From: an uncultured Methanosarcinales archaeon
GTDB lineage: Archaea > Halobacteriota > Methanosarcinia > Methanotrichales > Methanotrichaceae
Direction: 5' to 3'
Length of the DNA: 64,000 nucleotides
NCBI GenBank assembly: GCA_963843555.1
Contig: CAWJKV010000014.1
Location: forward strand, 19,758 to 83,757
Shown: one piece after another, positions 30,329 to 40,265 of the stretch
Position numbering within the stretch: position 1 is the first letter of the stretch
Layout: every line of letters starts with the position of its first letter
The notes under the pieces: model-generated
What the model saw: the letters and a program-made list of their open reading frames with translations, nothing else
What the model was told of the DNA's origin: nothing
The model's database searches: none
Made by a program: the position numbers and the translations under genes

Positions 30329-31885
30329 ATGATATTAATCAAATCAAATTCGTGTAGAGCGGAACCAGCGGAACGCAAGGGCTTCTCTGCAATAGCTAGT
30401 ACGGTGCTCATTTACGGGGTCATTTCCATCCTTATGCATGGCCTGGTCTTGAGTGCGCCTGTCTTGGCAGGCACGGAAACGGGCGAGTTCTGCCCCACCT
30501 GCCCTGACTGGAGCGACATGGATGGCTGGCTGGCGAAGAAGGCGGCATATGATCAAGAACAACAGAACGTTAAGCTCAATGTCCAGCAGATCCTACCTGA
30601 GACTCAGAATGCAGATCCGGCTCCCGTTCAGAATACCAATGCATCCGTCCAGAGAGACTATTCTCCAGCTCGGACATCCAGGTTTGCCGAGGCGCTCGTA
30701 TCTCCGACAGAGGTCTCGCCTGAAGACGTTGTGCTGGACATCAGCCCCAGCGCTACAAAATACATAGACGGTGCTGTGAATGTCAACTACGAGGGCTTTA
30801 TGGGCGAAGGCGGTCAGCTCAAGCCCATCTCAGAAATTGCCTCGTTGCTTGGCGATGCAGGCATATCCCGCAACGACTCTCTGGTGATTGCAGGCGAGTG
30901 TCTTCCCTGTGGTGGCGGTCCATCCCCGGCAGTCTTCACCTATTGGCTGCTGAAGTACTTGGGGCATGAAAAAGTAAGAGTTCTGGACGGCAGCATCGAG
31001 GACTGGACGGCGGCCGGGCTAAATACCAGCAATAAGTCTGCCACAAGGCCGAAGACGAACTACACTCTCCTGCTTATGCCGGAGCTTCTTGCTACCTTTG
31101 ACTATGTCGTTAACGGCGGGGCCCAAATCGTGGACGCCAGGCCTGCCGTAGACTTCGGCATGGGTTCTATTCCCGGAGCCGTAAACATTCCCTATGAGAA
31201 TGTGATCGAGAATGAGAGAATAAAGCCCGAAGAGGATCTGCAGAGGGCTTTCATAGAGCTGGAGAAGGACCGGCCTGTCGTGGTTTATACCAATGTAGGC
31301 GTTGAGGCCTCACTGGTATGGTTTGCTTTGACCCTATCTGGCTACGATGCCAGGCTATACTCCTGGCGTGACTGGACTGAAAATCTGCCCAAGTTCGGAT
31401 TCGAGCTGGAGAATGTTGAGGCCCAGCCCAACCCAGTTCAGTCCGGCTCGACTACGACTATAACGGCATCTTTCCAGGAGTCGCAGACTAATGCTACAGA
31501 GAATTCATCGCAAAACGGCGAGACCAAGCTCACGATTAAGGGATGCTCTACCTGCGGATTTGAGGGTTTCGCTCTCGGCACCTCAGGCGCCTCCGGGGCC
31601 TCCGGGAATAATTCTGGGATAGTCCAACTTGGTTCATCCGGCAAGACATCGCAGGCAGGCGGGGTGCAGGCTGTCGATAGCGCCTTGCGCTGCACCGCCA
31701 TAATTAACAGCCCTGACGGCACCGAGGTAGCAAGGACGAGCCTGCTGCGCACCTCCGCATACCAATATATGGGGATCTGGAATGCCAATGTGGCACCCGG
31801 GATTTACAAAGTGAGTATATCGGCCACAGCCTCTGGCAGCGCAAAGACCTTTGCAGATGTCCTGGAGATAGAGGTAACCCTTTAG
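30329..31885 (+). CDS. Exported tandem-rhodanese protein with CPTC, CLPC, CSTC and a C-terminal beta (Ig-like) domain
   Basis: Hydrophobic N-terminus; IAGECLPCGGG; VVVYTNVGVEAS; C-terminal YxGxWNANVAPGIY. Confidence 0.82.
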   Translation: MILIKSNSCRAEPAERKGFSAIASTVLIYGVISILMHGLVLSAPVLAGTETGEFCPTCPDWSDMDGWLAKKAAYDQEQQNVKLNVQQILPETQNADPAPVQNTNASVQRDYSPARTSRFAEALVSPTEVSPEDVVLDISPSATKYIDGAVNVNYEGFMGEGGQLKPISEIASLLGDAGISRNDSLVIAGECLPCGGGPSPAVFTYWLLKYLGHEKVRVLDGSIEDWTAAGLNTSNKSATRPKTNYTLLLMPELLATFDYVVNGGAQIVDARPAVDFGMGSIPGAVNIPYENVIENERIKPEEDLQRAFIELEKDRPVVVYTNVGVEASLVWFALTLSGYDARLYSWRDWTENLPKFGFELENVEAQPNPVQSGSTTTITASFQESQTNATENSSQNGETKLTIKGCSTCGFEGFALGTSGASGASGNNSGIVQLGSSGKTSQAGGVQAVDSALRCTAIINSPDGTEVARTSLLRTSAYQYMGIWNANVAPGIYKVSISATASGSAKTFADVLEIEVTL

Positions 31886-32182
31886 GGCCAGGATGGCTGG
31901 CCGGTCTTTATTTATTGCATCAAAGCTTGCCTTTCTCCACCGTACAGACCACCGCTCCCTAGCCGCAGTTTTTCTGAATCCTTCATCTCTGATTATTTAA
32001 GATTCTCTGAAAATCAGAAAATCTCTTTTATTCCTACTCCATGCCATCGACCCAGCCAAAGCAATATTTCATATCGATAAAAATTGATGCGTAATTCTCA
32101 AAACAAATACGATTTTGGATTCTAAAATCAATTTAATGCGACGCACATCAAATCCTGGCAGAATTCAGATAAAGCGCAAGCA

Positions 32183-32206
32183 TTATATATCGGCAAAGAT
32201 TGATAT
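32183..32206 (+). promoter_or_regulatory. TATA box overlapped by ATATC-N10-GATAT operator
   Basis: TTATATAT 32183-32190; ATATC ggcaaagatt GATAT 32187-32206; degenerate copy at 32071-32090. Confidence 0.7.
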
Positions 32207-32220
32207 GATCTGCGATTATC

Positions 32221-32514
32221 ATGGGACTGAAAGATAAGATCTTCGGAGATAAGGCCAGCAGCGGTTGCTGCTGCGGCACGCGCATCGTCGGCCTGAGGCA
32301 GATCAACGTCGGGGGACGCAACACGGGAATTATGGGAATGGACGAGACCTTCCAGGAATACTTTAAAAAGGGAAAGAAGCCCGAGGATTCTACCGGAGAT
32401 GAGATGGTCGAGGATTTAAAGAAGCTCAATTTCATCGCCGAGGATGCTGAGAAGATGTATAAAGAGGCTTTTTTGAGAGAGTATCAAAGGTTCTACGAAT
32501 CCAGGAAGAAATGA
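32221..32514 (+). CDS. Small conserved protein with N-terminal CCC motif
   Basis: SSGCCCGTR; I.VGG..TGI.G.D; first gene after the promoter. Confidence 0.75.
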   Translation: MGLKDKIFGDKASSGCCCGTRIVGLRQINVGGRNTGIMGMDETFQEYFKKGKKPEDSTGDEMVEDLKKLNFIAEDAEKMYKEAFLREYQRFYESRKK

Positions 32515-32959
32515 ACTCCGCAGAAGGGAATGGTGACATCAATAGTGACCGGCAAAGAAGGTTTGCGAGGATTCAAAGATCGATGAGGATGCAATATGCA
32601 GCCTGGCGAGGCTCATCGGAGACACGGACAAAGCCCGAGCCAGGACCAGGAAGCTCGCCTCATTGATGAAGAATATCGAGATGGAAGGCCCGGAAGGAGA
32701 GGTCGATGTCTTCAAGGCGGCTGCCGACCCCTGCCGGCTCAGGATTCTTAAGCTTCTCAAAGAAGGAGAACTCTGTGTCTGCGAGATCATGACCGCCCTT
32801 AAAAAACCTCAATCCTCCACCTCCCATCATTTGTCCATTTTGAGAGAGGCGGGACTTGTCAAAGAGCGCAGAGACGGCAAATGGTCCTATTATCGACTTG
32901 CGGATGGAGCGGTCAATGAGATGGTCAAACAGGCCGGAGCACTAAAGAAAAAACAATAA
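32511..32959 (+). CDS. arsR: ArsR/SmtB repressor, 5' end frameshifted (ORF track starts at 32663)
   Basis: ADPCRL, ELCVCEI, PQSSTSHHL; upstream in-frame EDAICSLARLIGDTDKA matches paralog 46125 but has no in-frame start; ATG 32511 overlaps the previous stop. Confidence 0.8.
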
Positions 32960-32980
32960 AAATTTTTGAAGGATATAAAA

Positions 32981-33880
32981 ATGTTTTGGGAAGACTTAGC
33001 GGTAGCGGCGAATTTCTTCGTGGAAATCGCTGTAGAATTGATCGTTTTATTCATAGGCATAACCTTTCTCGTGGGGCTAATACAGGAGTACGTACCGGAT
33101 GAGACCATAAAGAAGGTCCTTGGTGGGCAGCACAAAATTCTGGGCAGCATCCTTGGGGCTGGATTCGGCGCTCTTACGCCATTTTGTTCCTGCTCGACCA
33201 TACCTCTCCTCCTGGGAATGCTCAACGCCGGCGTGCCCTTTGCATCTGCAATGTCATTCTTGTTCGCTTCTCCGCTGCTGAACCCGGTGATAATATCATT
33301 GTTCGTCATTTTGATGGGATGGAAGATAACTGCGCTCTACTTTGCCGTCACCTTTGTGGGCGCAATTGCCATCGGTCTCTTGCTCGATAGCCTCGGCTTT
33401 GCCAGTCAGGTGAAATCCGTGGCCGCAGTACGAAGCTGCTGTGACTGCCAGCAGGCAGCGGATGCGAAATCGAGGATACAACGCTCTGCTGCAAATGCAT
33501 TCAGTTTATTCCGCCAACTCGTGCCCTATCTCCTGTTAGGCGCAGGCATTGGTGCATTCATTCATGGATTCGTTCCTACGGAGATCATCACCCGCTTCGC
33601 AGGGCCGGACAATCCCTTGGCCGTTCCTGTGGCCGCTCTCATAGGCATTCCCATCTACATCCGGGCCGAGACCATGATCCCCATCGGCCTGGTCCTCACG
33701 GAGAAAGGCATGAGCGTGGGGGCCGTCCTGGCACTGGTTATCGGCGGAGCGGGGGCGAGCATCCCTGAGCTGACGCTTCTATCGGCCATATTCGAGAAGA
33801 AGCTGCTGGCAGCCTTCGTGCTTACTATCTTCAGCATAGCGGTGGCTGCGGGATATCTGGCCAATTTGCTGGTAGCTTAG
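32981..33880 (+). CDS. arsP: ArsP/DUF318 permease (second subfamily)
   Basis: TPFCSCSTIP, FLFASPLLNP, GIPIYIRAETMIPI, GAGASIPE; central SCCDC. Confidence 0.87.
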   Translation: MFWEDLAVAANFFVEIAVELIVLFIGITFLVGLIQEYVPDETIKKVLGGQHKILGSILGAGFGALTPFCSCSTIPLLLGMLNAGVPFASAMSFLFASPLLNPVIISLFVILMGWKITALYFAVTFVGAIAIGLLLDSLGFASQVKSVAAVRSCCDCQQAADAKSRIQRSAANAFSLFRQLVPYLLLGAGIGAFIHGFVPTEIITRFAGPDNPLAVPVAALIGIPIYIRAETMIPIGLVLTEKGMSVGAVLALVIGGAGASIPELTLLSAIFEKKLLAAFVLTIFSIAVAAGYLANLLVA

Positions 33881-33974
33881 GTAAGAAATGCGACGATATT
33901 TCGCCAATGATGCCTGCTGGTGTCAGAAGGCGAAATAACTTCCTTTTATGAGTGAATATTTTCCGATGCTTCGA

Positions 33975-34064
33975 GCCATAACATTCATATATGCACATTT
34001 GCACATGTATAAGAAAAAGGCCAAAAGCTAAATGGCAATGGCAGATGCATGATGAAATTCGGGC
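33975..34064 (+). repeat. ~90-bp duplicated promoter/operator segment, copy 1
   Basis: Aligns with 35305-35397; contains TCATATATG-N10-CATGTATAA at 33985-34012. Confidence 0.8.
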
Positions 34065-34191
34065 TCATTTGGGGAAACATGGACGGGTCTCTAAGCAAAT
34101 CGTCGCAGAGGAGTTTCCTTGATGATCGCGCCAATAATTATACGGCATGTTATGCCCCAACTCATTGGAATAGTTAAAAGAGGTCTTAATC

Positions 34192-35289
34192 GTGAACTCA
34201 AATAAAAAACTCTCATTCCTGGATACATATCTGACCCTTTGGATATTTTTAGCCATGGCTCTTGGCATTGCATTAGGGTATTTCTTTCCAGCCGTTCCGA
34301 AGGCGATCACAGGGCTTTCCATTGGCACTACATCAATACCTATTGCCATTGGATTGATCCTTATGATGTACCCTCCATTAGCGAAAGTCAGATATGAAGA
34401 ACTCGGAAGAGTCTTCAAGGATACAAAGGTTCTGGGTCTTTCGCTTGTGCAAAACTGGATTGTCGGTCCCGTGCTCATGTTTGTCTTGGCGGTGATCTTC
34501 CTCCAAGACTATCCCCATTACATGTATGGTCTGATACTGGTTGGGCTGGCCAGGTGCATCGCCATGGTGATAGTCTGGAACGATCTGGCGGGCGGAGACT
34601 GTGAGTACTGTGCTTCCATCGTGGGTTTGAACTCTGTCTTCCAGGTTTTCTTCTACTCCATATATGCCTATATTTTCCTAACCGTACTGCCTTCAGCGTT
34701 GGGCATCGCTGAAGGAGTCGCAGTCAATGTGACCATGGGCGAGATCGCAAAGAGCGTTTTCATCTATCTGGGCATACCATTCATTGCTGGTATTATCACC
34801 AGATACGTGTTGATCAGATCCAGAGGAAAGAGCTGGTACGAGAACAAATTCATCCCTCGAATATCACCTATTACCCTCATTGCTCTGCTTTTCACCATCG
34901 TGGTGATGTTCTCGCTAAAAGGGGAGTATATTGTAGGGGTCCCACTGGACGTAGTGAGAATCGCCATACCACTGACCATATACTTCGCATTGATGTTTTT
35001 CATAAGCTTTTACATGGCATACAAATCGGGAATCGATTACCAAAGAAGTACCAGTCTTTCATTCACCGCTGCCTCCAACAATTTTGAGCTGGCCATTGCT
35101 GTGGCAATAGGTGTCTTTGGCATAAGTTCCGGCGAAGCATTCGCAACAGTTATCGGACCTCTCGTGGAGGTGCCAGTAATGATCTTACTGGTCAGAGTAG
35201 CCCTATATTTGAAGGAGCGGTGGTATAAAAACAGAGAAGATGCGAGCTGCAATCTTGCTGCAAAATGCAAATCAATGGAGGTTAATTAA
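34192..35289 (+). CDS. acr3: Acr3 arsenite efflux transporter
   Basis: [51 protein letters not shown]. Confidence 0.95.
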   Translation: MNSNKKLSFLDTYLTLWIFLAMALGIALGYFFPAVPKAITGLSIGTTSIPIAIGLILMMYPPLAKVRYEELGRVFKDTKVLGLSLVQNWIVGPVLMFVLAVIFLQDYPHYMYGLILVGLARCIAMVIVWNDLAGGDCEYCASIVGLNSVFQVFFYSIYAYIFLTVLPSALGIAEGVAVNVTMGEIAKSVFIYLGIPFIAGIITRYVLIRSRGKSWYENKFIPRISPITLIALLFTIVVMFSLKGEYIVGVPLDVVRIAIPLTIYFALMFFISFYMAYKSGIDYQRSTSLSFTAASNNFELAIAVAIGVFGISSGEAFATVIGPLVEVPVMILLVRVALYLKERWYKNREDASCNLAAKCKSMEVN

Positions 35290-35304
35290 TCCTAAGTCGA
35301 CTCC

Positions 35305-35397
35305 GGCCACAACATTCATATATGCGCATTCTCACATATATGATGAAGAGACCAAAAGCTCAACTGCAATCGCCGAATGCGTGATAAAATTCGTGCC
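35305..35397 (+). repeat. ~90-bp duplicated promoter/operator segment, copy 2
   Basis: Perfect arms TCATATATG-N10-CATATATGA at 35316-35343. Confidence 0.8.
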
Positions 35398-35445
35398 CTT
35401 GCGAAAACACTGCCTGTAGCTCCAATCAAATTGGAAAGAGGAGCA

Positions 35446-35712
35446 ATGAAAATGAACGAAAACACAAAAGAACTCGTTGCCATTGGGGCGTCTTTAGCCG
35501 CTCATTGTCAACCCTGCCTGACCTTTCATGTCGACAAGGCTAGAAAACTTGGAATTGGAGAAGATGAGATCAATGAAGCCATCGCTGTGGGGCGCATGAT
35601 CCGGAAAGGGGCCATGTCGGCCATGGACAGGTTTGCCGAAAGCGTTGTTGCAGCTCCGGAAAACAAACCTTCCCCATGTTGCGACAATGCTGCGGGCAAT
35701 TGCTGCAGTTAA
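35446..35712 (+). CDS. CMD/AhpD-like protein with Cys-rich tail
   Basis: KELVAIGAS.AAHCQPCLTFH..KA; tail PCCDNAAGNCCS; GAGGAG RBS. Confidence 0.85.
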   Translation: MKMNENTKELVAIGASLAAHCQPCLTFHVDKARKLGIGEDEINEAIAVGRMIRKGAMSAMDRFAESVVAAPENKPSPCCDNAAGNCCS

Positions 35713-35733
35713 CAGTAAGGAGGAGATAACACC

Positions 35734-36369
35734 ATGAAGAATGACAATCGGGAGCCTACTTCATCTGCAAATCAGGCTGAAAGAGCATCAGAATGCGGAC
35801 CGGGATGCAATTGCGGGGGAACCAGAATCGGCACAAAGGGCAAGGTGATCATTTGTCTGGTTGTCGCCATTGCTGCCGTAATCGTTTTGGCGAATAGCGT
35901 TATGCAGAAAGCGGAAACGGGCGCTGATGGGGGATTAAATGCATTCACCCTAAACGTGCTGGCAGCCAAGAACGACACGGCCGAAAATACGAGTGAAGCG
36001 AATTGGGATGAGCCACTGGTATCGCTTGCATCCATCAGAGATTTGAGTTCCCAGAAAGACGCGTTCTTCATTTATCTGCCCGCCAAGGGTCAGAGCCCTA
36101 ATGAAACTGTCAAGAAAGAAATCGAAGCCACAGCAGAGAAGGCGCAATCACAGGGAACAAGGATGGCAGTATTCGTACTGGATGAAGGCTCTCAGGATTA
36201 TGCCCAGTTGACCAGTCAAGTGCCTGTTCCATGCGTGCTGGCAGCGATCAACGGAACTGGCAAAATCGCTGCCACCACTAAAATATCGGAAGCGGATCTG
36301 CTGCAATCTCTCGTGACGGCATCGCGACCATCAGGCTGCGCTCCAGGGGGCTGTGCTGTGCCATGCTAA
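35734..36369 (+). CDS. Single-pass membrane protein with Cys-rich N- and C-termini
   Basis: CGPGCNCG; one TM helix; C-terminal GCAPGGCAVPC. Confidence 0.75.
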   Translation: MKNDNREPTSSANQAERASECGPGCNCGGTRIGTKGKVIICLVVAIAAVIVLANSVMQKAETGADGGLNAFTLNVLAAKNDTAENTSEANWDEPLVSLASIRDLSSQKDAFFIYLPAKGQSPNETVKKEIEATAEKAQSQGTRMAVFVLDEGSQDYAQLTSQVPVPCVLAAINGTGKIAATTKISEADLLQSLVTASRPSGCAPGGCAVPC

Positions 36370-36387
36370 TAATTAGGAGGGATCTGA

Positions 36388-37104
36388 TTGGACTGGCTTC
36401 TATATCCTGCTGAATGGGCCAAGACCGCGCTAGAACAGGCAGGAATGGGCCCGATGGCACTGCCTTTGGCCTTTCTTTTGGGCCTGGCCAGCGCAGTGGC
36501 AAGCACCTGTTGCACCTTACCGGTGTTTGGCGCCATCGTCGGATACGCCGGAATGCAAGAGGCAAACGATCGGCGCTCCAATCTGCTTGGTGCTTTCTTC
36601 TTCATGCTCGGCTCGATCATAGCTCTGCTGATTTTCGGGAGTGTCGCCGGGCTGATCGGTCAGGTCGCCCAGAGCGTCCTTGGAAATTACTGGAAGGTTT
36701 TCGCGGGAGTTGTTGCCATCATCGTCGGGCTCGGTGCCCTGAATCTCCTTCCTCTCAAGATCCCAGGGATAAAGAACAGGGCAATAGAAACTCGAAAACG
36801 AGGATTTCTGGGAGCAGCGGCAGTCGGACTCATCATAGGCGGAGCGGTGAGCGTATGCTCTTTGGGCTGCAATCCCGGGATTTTCATCATCCTGGGTGTC
36901 GCTGTACTGCAGGGATATACGCTCTGGATGTTCGGCATTCTGGGTGCTTACGCTGTCGGCTTCAGCCTGCCTTTAGCTGCACTCATGCTGGGTGTAACTC
37001 TTGGCAAATCAGCTATAGGATTTAAAAAAGCGGACAGTGCGATCCGACTTGTGGCAGGAGTCGTTTTGATCACGGTAGGCTTCTATTTCCTCAGCACGTT
37101 TTGA
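36388..37104 (+). CDS. CcdA/DsbD-like transmembrane electron transporter
   Basis: 6 TM segments; STCCTLP and CSLGCNP at the two redox-Cys positions; YAVGFSLPL. Confidence 0.8.
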   Translation: MDWLLYPAEWAKTALEQAGMGPMALPLAFLLGLASAVASTCCTLPVFGAIVGYAGMQEANDRRSNLLGAFFFMLGSIIALLIFGSVAGLIGQVAQSVLGNYWKVFAGVVAIIVGLGALNLLPLKIPGIKNRAIETRKRGFLGAAAVGLIIGGAVSVCSLGCNPGIFIILGVAVLQGYTLWMFGILGAYAVGFSLPLAALMLGVTLGKSAIGFKKADSAIRLVAGVVLITVGFYFLSTF

Positions 37105-37123
37105 ATAAGGAAGTGAAAATTAC

Positions 37124-37880
37124 ATGAAGAGCAGAATCGAAGCGGATCGAATAGAAAAATCTAATTATTCAAGCATTAAGCTGGGAAGTCTCTTAATTGT
37201 CCTGATACTCGTCATGGGCTTGGTCGATGCGGCAAAGATCACAGTAGGCCCATTGGATGAAGATTACCCGCAGATCCAGAAGGCCATCGATAACTCAAGC
37301 AATGGAGATGTCATTGAAGTTCATAGCGGAACATATCGGGAAAGGGTCAAAGTTGTCAAAGCTGTAAGCTTATTGGGCCTTGACACTGGCGATGGCTTGC
37401 CAGTGATAAATGCATCAGGATCGAGCAACTCGATAACCCTGATGGCGAATGGATCTACAGTCAAGGGATTCAATCTCACCGGATCTGGCCACTGCGGATG
37501 CGGAAGTGCGGGGATACAGGTGGTATCCAGCAATAACATGGTCCTCGATAATATCATCTATAAGAATAAGTACGGGATATATGTAAAACCGGAGAATTTC
37601 AATAACACTTTTGTATCCAACCTCCTCCTGCAAAATGAGATCTCAGCCTATGACCCGGGCAATAATTCATGGAGTAGCAGCCCAAAGGCGGAAGGGCTGC
37701 AAAAATTAGTAGAGTTGGTGGTTGGAAAGCAGATGAAGGGCAATCATTATAGCGATTACGATGAGCCGGATGAAGGCTGCAACGACACCAATGAAGGATG
37801 GATTTTGCGATATGCCCAGGAAGATAGATGGTGGAAATTCGGTCGATCTATATCCATCATTCTCTAAAGGGAACTCCTGA
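37124..37880 (+). CDS. Exported NosD/CASH beta-helix protein (C-terminal +1 frameshift)
   Basis: YPQIQKAID, GDVIEVHSGTY, SGHCGCGSAGI; removing one base near 37793 gives KDGFCDMPRKIDGGNSVDLYP, as in paralog 42583. Confidence 0.8.
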
Positions 37881-37904
37881 ACTACAAGGAAGTGAAAAAA
37901 TTTC

Positions 37905-38411
37905 ATGAAAGCAGAGGAAACTGGAAAGAAGAAGGGACTGCTCGGCTCCATCCTGAAAACTATAACCGGAGCCGGCAGTTGTTGCGCACCTGGAAACGAT
38001 TGTTGCAGTCCGAAAGACGCAAATGCAACCGTTGAAACCGAGTATCATGGAGAGAGGGAAATATTGATAAAAATCTATGATCCGCCAATGTGCTGCTCCA
38101 GCGGCGTCTGCGGGCCAAATGTGAACAGCGCGCTGGTGGAATTTTCCGGCGCATTGAAATCGCTTGCTGAGCAGGGAATTGGCTTTGAACGCTGGAATCT
38201 ATCCCAGCAACCGCAGGCATTTGCAGAAAATTTGCAGGTGAAGGTGCTACTGACCAAACTTGGCAAGGATGCACTGCCTTTTATCTTCGTTAACGACGAA
38301 CTCAAGATAACTGGGCGTTATCCAAAGTCTGAAGAGCTCTTTGCCTTGTTGGGAATTGACGATAAGACTGTGAGATCCGAGGTTTGCTGTGCAGAAGGAT
38401 GCTGCAAATGA
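37905..38411 (+). CDS. arsD: ArsD arsenic metallochaperone with extra Cys pairs
   Basis: IYDPPMCCSSGVCGP, RWNLSQQPQAF, GRYP; N-terminal SCC..DCC, C-terminal VCCAEGCCK. Confidence 0.9.
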   Translation: MKAEETGKKKGLLGSILKTITGAGSCCAPGNDCCSPKDANATVETEYHGEREILIKIYDPPMCCSSGVCGPNVNSALVEFSGALKSLAEQGIGFERWNLSQQPQAFAENLQVKVLLTKLGKDALPFIFVNDELKITGRYPKSEELFALLGIDDKTVRSEVCCAEGCCK

Positions 38412-40165
38412 AAGAGCTAATTGCAGGCGTCCCCCGATTTCTATTTTTCACCGGAAAGGGTGGTGTCGGGAAAACATCCATGTCCTGTGTCGTCTCCTTC
38501 GCGCTGGCCGATCAAGGAAAACGGGTTTTGTTGATCAGCACCGACCCGGCATCAAACCTGGACGAGGTGCTGGAAACGCCCCTCACCGGTCGGCCCACAC
38601 CGATCAATGGCCAGCCGGGCCTGTGGGCTATGAATATCGATCCGGTTCAGGCTGCCGCCGAATATCGGGAAAGGATTGTAGGACCTTACCGGGGGGTATT
38701 GCCGGAGGATGCAGTGCAATCCATCGAAGAACAACTATCAGGAGCCTGCACGGTTGAGATCGCTGCCTTCAATGAATTCACCCGGTTCATCGGCGATGAC
38801 AAGGCCGCCAGGGACTACGATCATGTTGTCCTCGATACAGCGCCCACGGGCCACACATTAAGACTGCTCAGCCTGCCTGCTGCATGGAACGATTTCGTGA
38901 TCGCTAATACCAGCGGCAGCTCCTGCCTCGGTCCTCTTTCCGGCCTCAAGGATCAACGTCTCATTTATGAGGCAGCGGTGAAGTCGCTCACAAATTATCA
39001 AAAGACGCTTCTTATTCTGGTCGCCAGAGCCGAAGAGATCACACTCAGAGAAGCCGCCCGTGCCAGTGCGGAGCTCTATCTAATAGGAATGAAGAATCAG
39101 CACCTGATTATCAACGGTCTTTTTCAAACCAAATCATCAGACCCTGTTGCCGAAGCATTTTCCCGCAAAGCCGAAGAGGCCATGGCCTGCATGCCGGAGC
39201 GGTTGGCACGGCTGCCGCGTACTGTATTCGGCAACAATCCGCAGGGCTTGACAGGTATCAAAGCCATTCGAGATGCCGTTCAAGGCAAACCTGTCATCTG
39301 CGCCCCGGATGTTGTGGAGAAACTGCGAACAGGCAGAAGTCATCTCCTGTCCCAGACGGGACGATGGAAAGAACTGCTGGATAGCCTGGAGGAGCGCGGG
39401 ACAGGGCTCATTATGACCATGGGCAAAGGCGGCGTCGGGAAGACCTCGATAGCTGTTGCCATAGCCAGAGAACTGGCCAATCGCGGGCATCCGGTCCATC
39501 TGTCCACCACCGATCCCGCCGCTCACATTGAGGATATGCTGGATCGACCGCTCCCCAATCTTCAGGTCAGTCGAATTGACCCCAAAGAAGAAAACCGCAA
39601 GTATGTCAAGAACATTCTTGAAGGGAAGAAAGGATCGTTATCGGACGAAGATATGGCTTTGCTGGAGGAAGAACTTCGCTCTCCTTGTATCGAAGAGATC
39701 GCCGTTTTTCGAGCATTTGCCCATGCTGTAGCCCTGGGACAGGATAACTTTGTAGTTCTGGATACCGCTCCGACCGGCCACACCTTGCTCCTGCTGGACG
39801 CCACTCAATCCTATCACCGCGAAGTGGCAAAGAATTCTGATGGTGTTGCCGATGATGTGTTAGAACTTCTGCCGCGTTTACGTGACCCGGAATTTACCAA
39901 AATTCTTCTGGTGACGCTGCCTGAGGCGACGCCTGTTCACGAGGCAGCGCGCCTGCAGGATGATCTTCGACGGGCGCAAATTGAGCCCTTCGCCTGGATC
40001 ATCAACCAGAGTTTCGCCTTATCCGGAACCACCGACACGCTTCTTGCAGCTCGCGGCGTTAATGAATTGAAATACATTGATGAAGTAGCTTCGAAGCTCG
40101 CCAAAAACGTGGTCATTTTATCATGGCGACCCGACGAAATCAAAGGTGTTGAACCTGGGGATTGA
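38408..40165 (+). CDS. arsA: ArsA arsenite-activated ATPase
   Basis: Two GKGGVGKT and two DTAPTGH; metalloid Cys in ACTVEI, SCLGP, SPCIEE; ATGA overlap with arsD. Confidence 0.95.
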   Translation: MKELIAGVPRFLFFTGKGGVGKTSMSCVVSFALADQGKRVLLISTDPASNLDEVLETPLTGRPTPINGQPGLWAMNIDPVQAAAEYRERIVGPYRGVLPEDAVQSIEEQLSGACTVEIAAFNEFTRFIGDDKAARDYDHVVLDTAPTGHTLRLLSLPAAWNDFVIANTSGSSCLGPLSGLKDQRLIYEAAVKSLTNYQKTLLILVARAEEITLREAARASAELYLIGMKNQHLIINGLFQTKSSDPVAEAFSRKAEEAMACMPERLARLPRTVFGNNPQGLTGIKAIRDAVQGKPVICAPDVVEKLRTGRSHLLSQTGRWKELLDSLEERGTGLIMTMGKGGVGKTSIAVAIARELANRGHPVHLSTTDPAAHIEDMLDRPLPNLQVSRIDPKEENRKYVKNILEGKKGSLSDEDMALLEEELRSPCIEEIAVFRAFAHAVALGQDNFVVLDTAPTGHTLLLLDATQSYHREVAKNSDGVADDVLELLPRLRDPEFTKILLVTLPEATPVHEAARLQDDLRRAQIEPFAWIINQSFALSGTTDTLLAARGVNELKYIDEVASKLAKNVVILSWRPDEIKGVEPGD

Positions 40166-40265
40166 AAGTTTCATGATAAAATTGCCCTTGAAATGAAATG
40201 CCGATTCAATGGAGTTGTCAAGAAGGTAAGGAAGTGCTTGGATCCAAGAATCCAGGAGGAATGTA

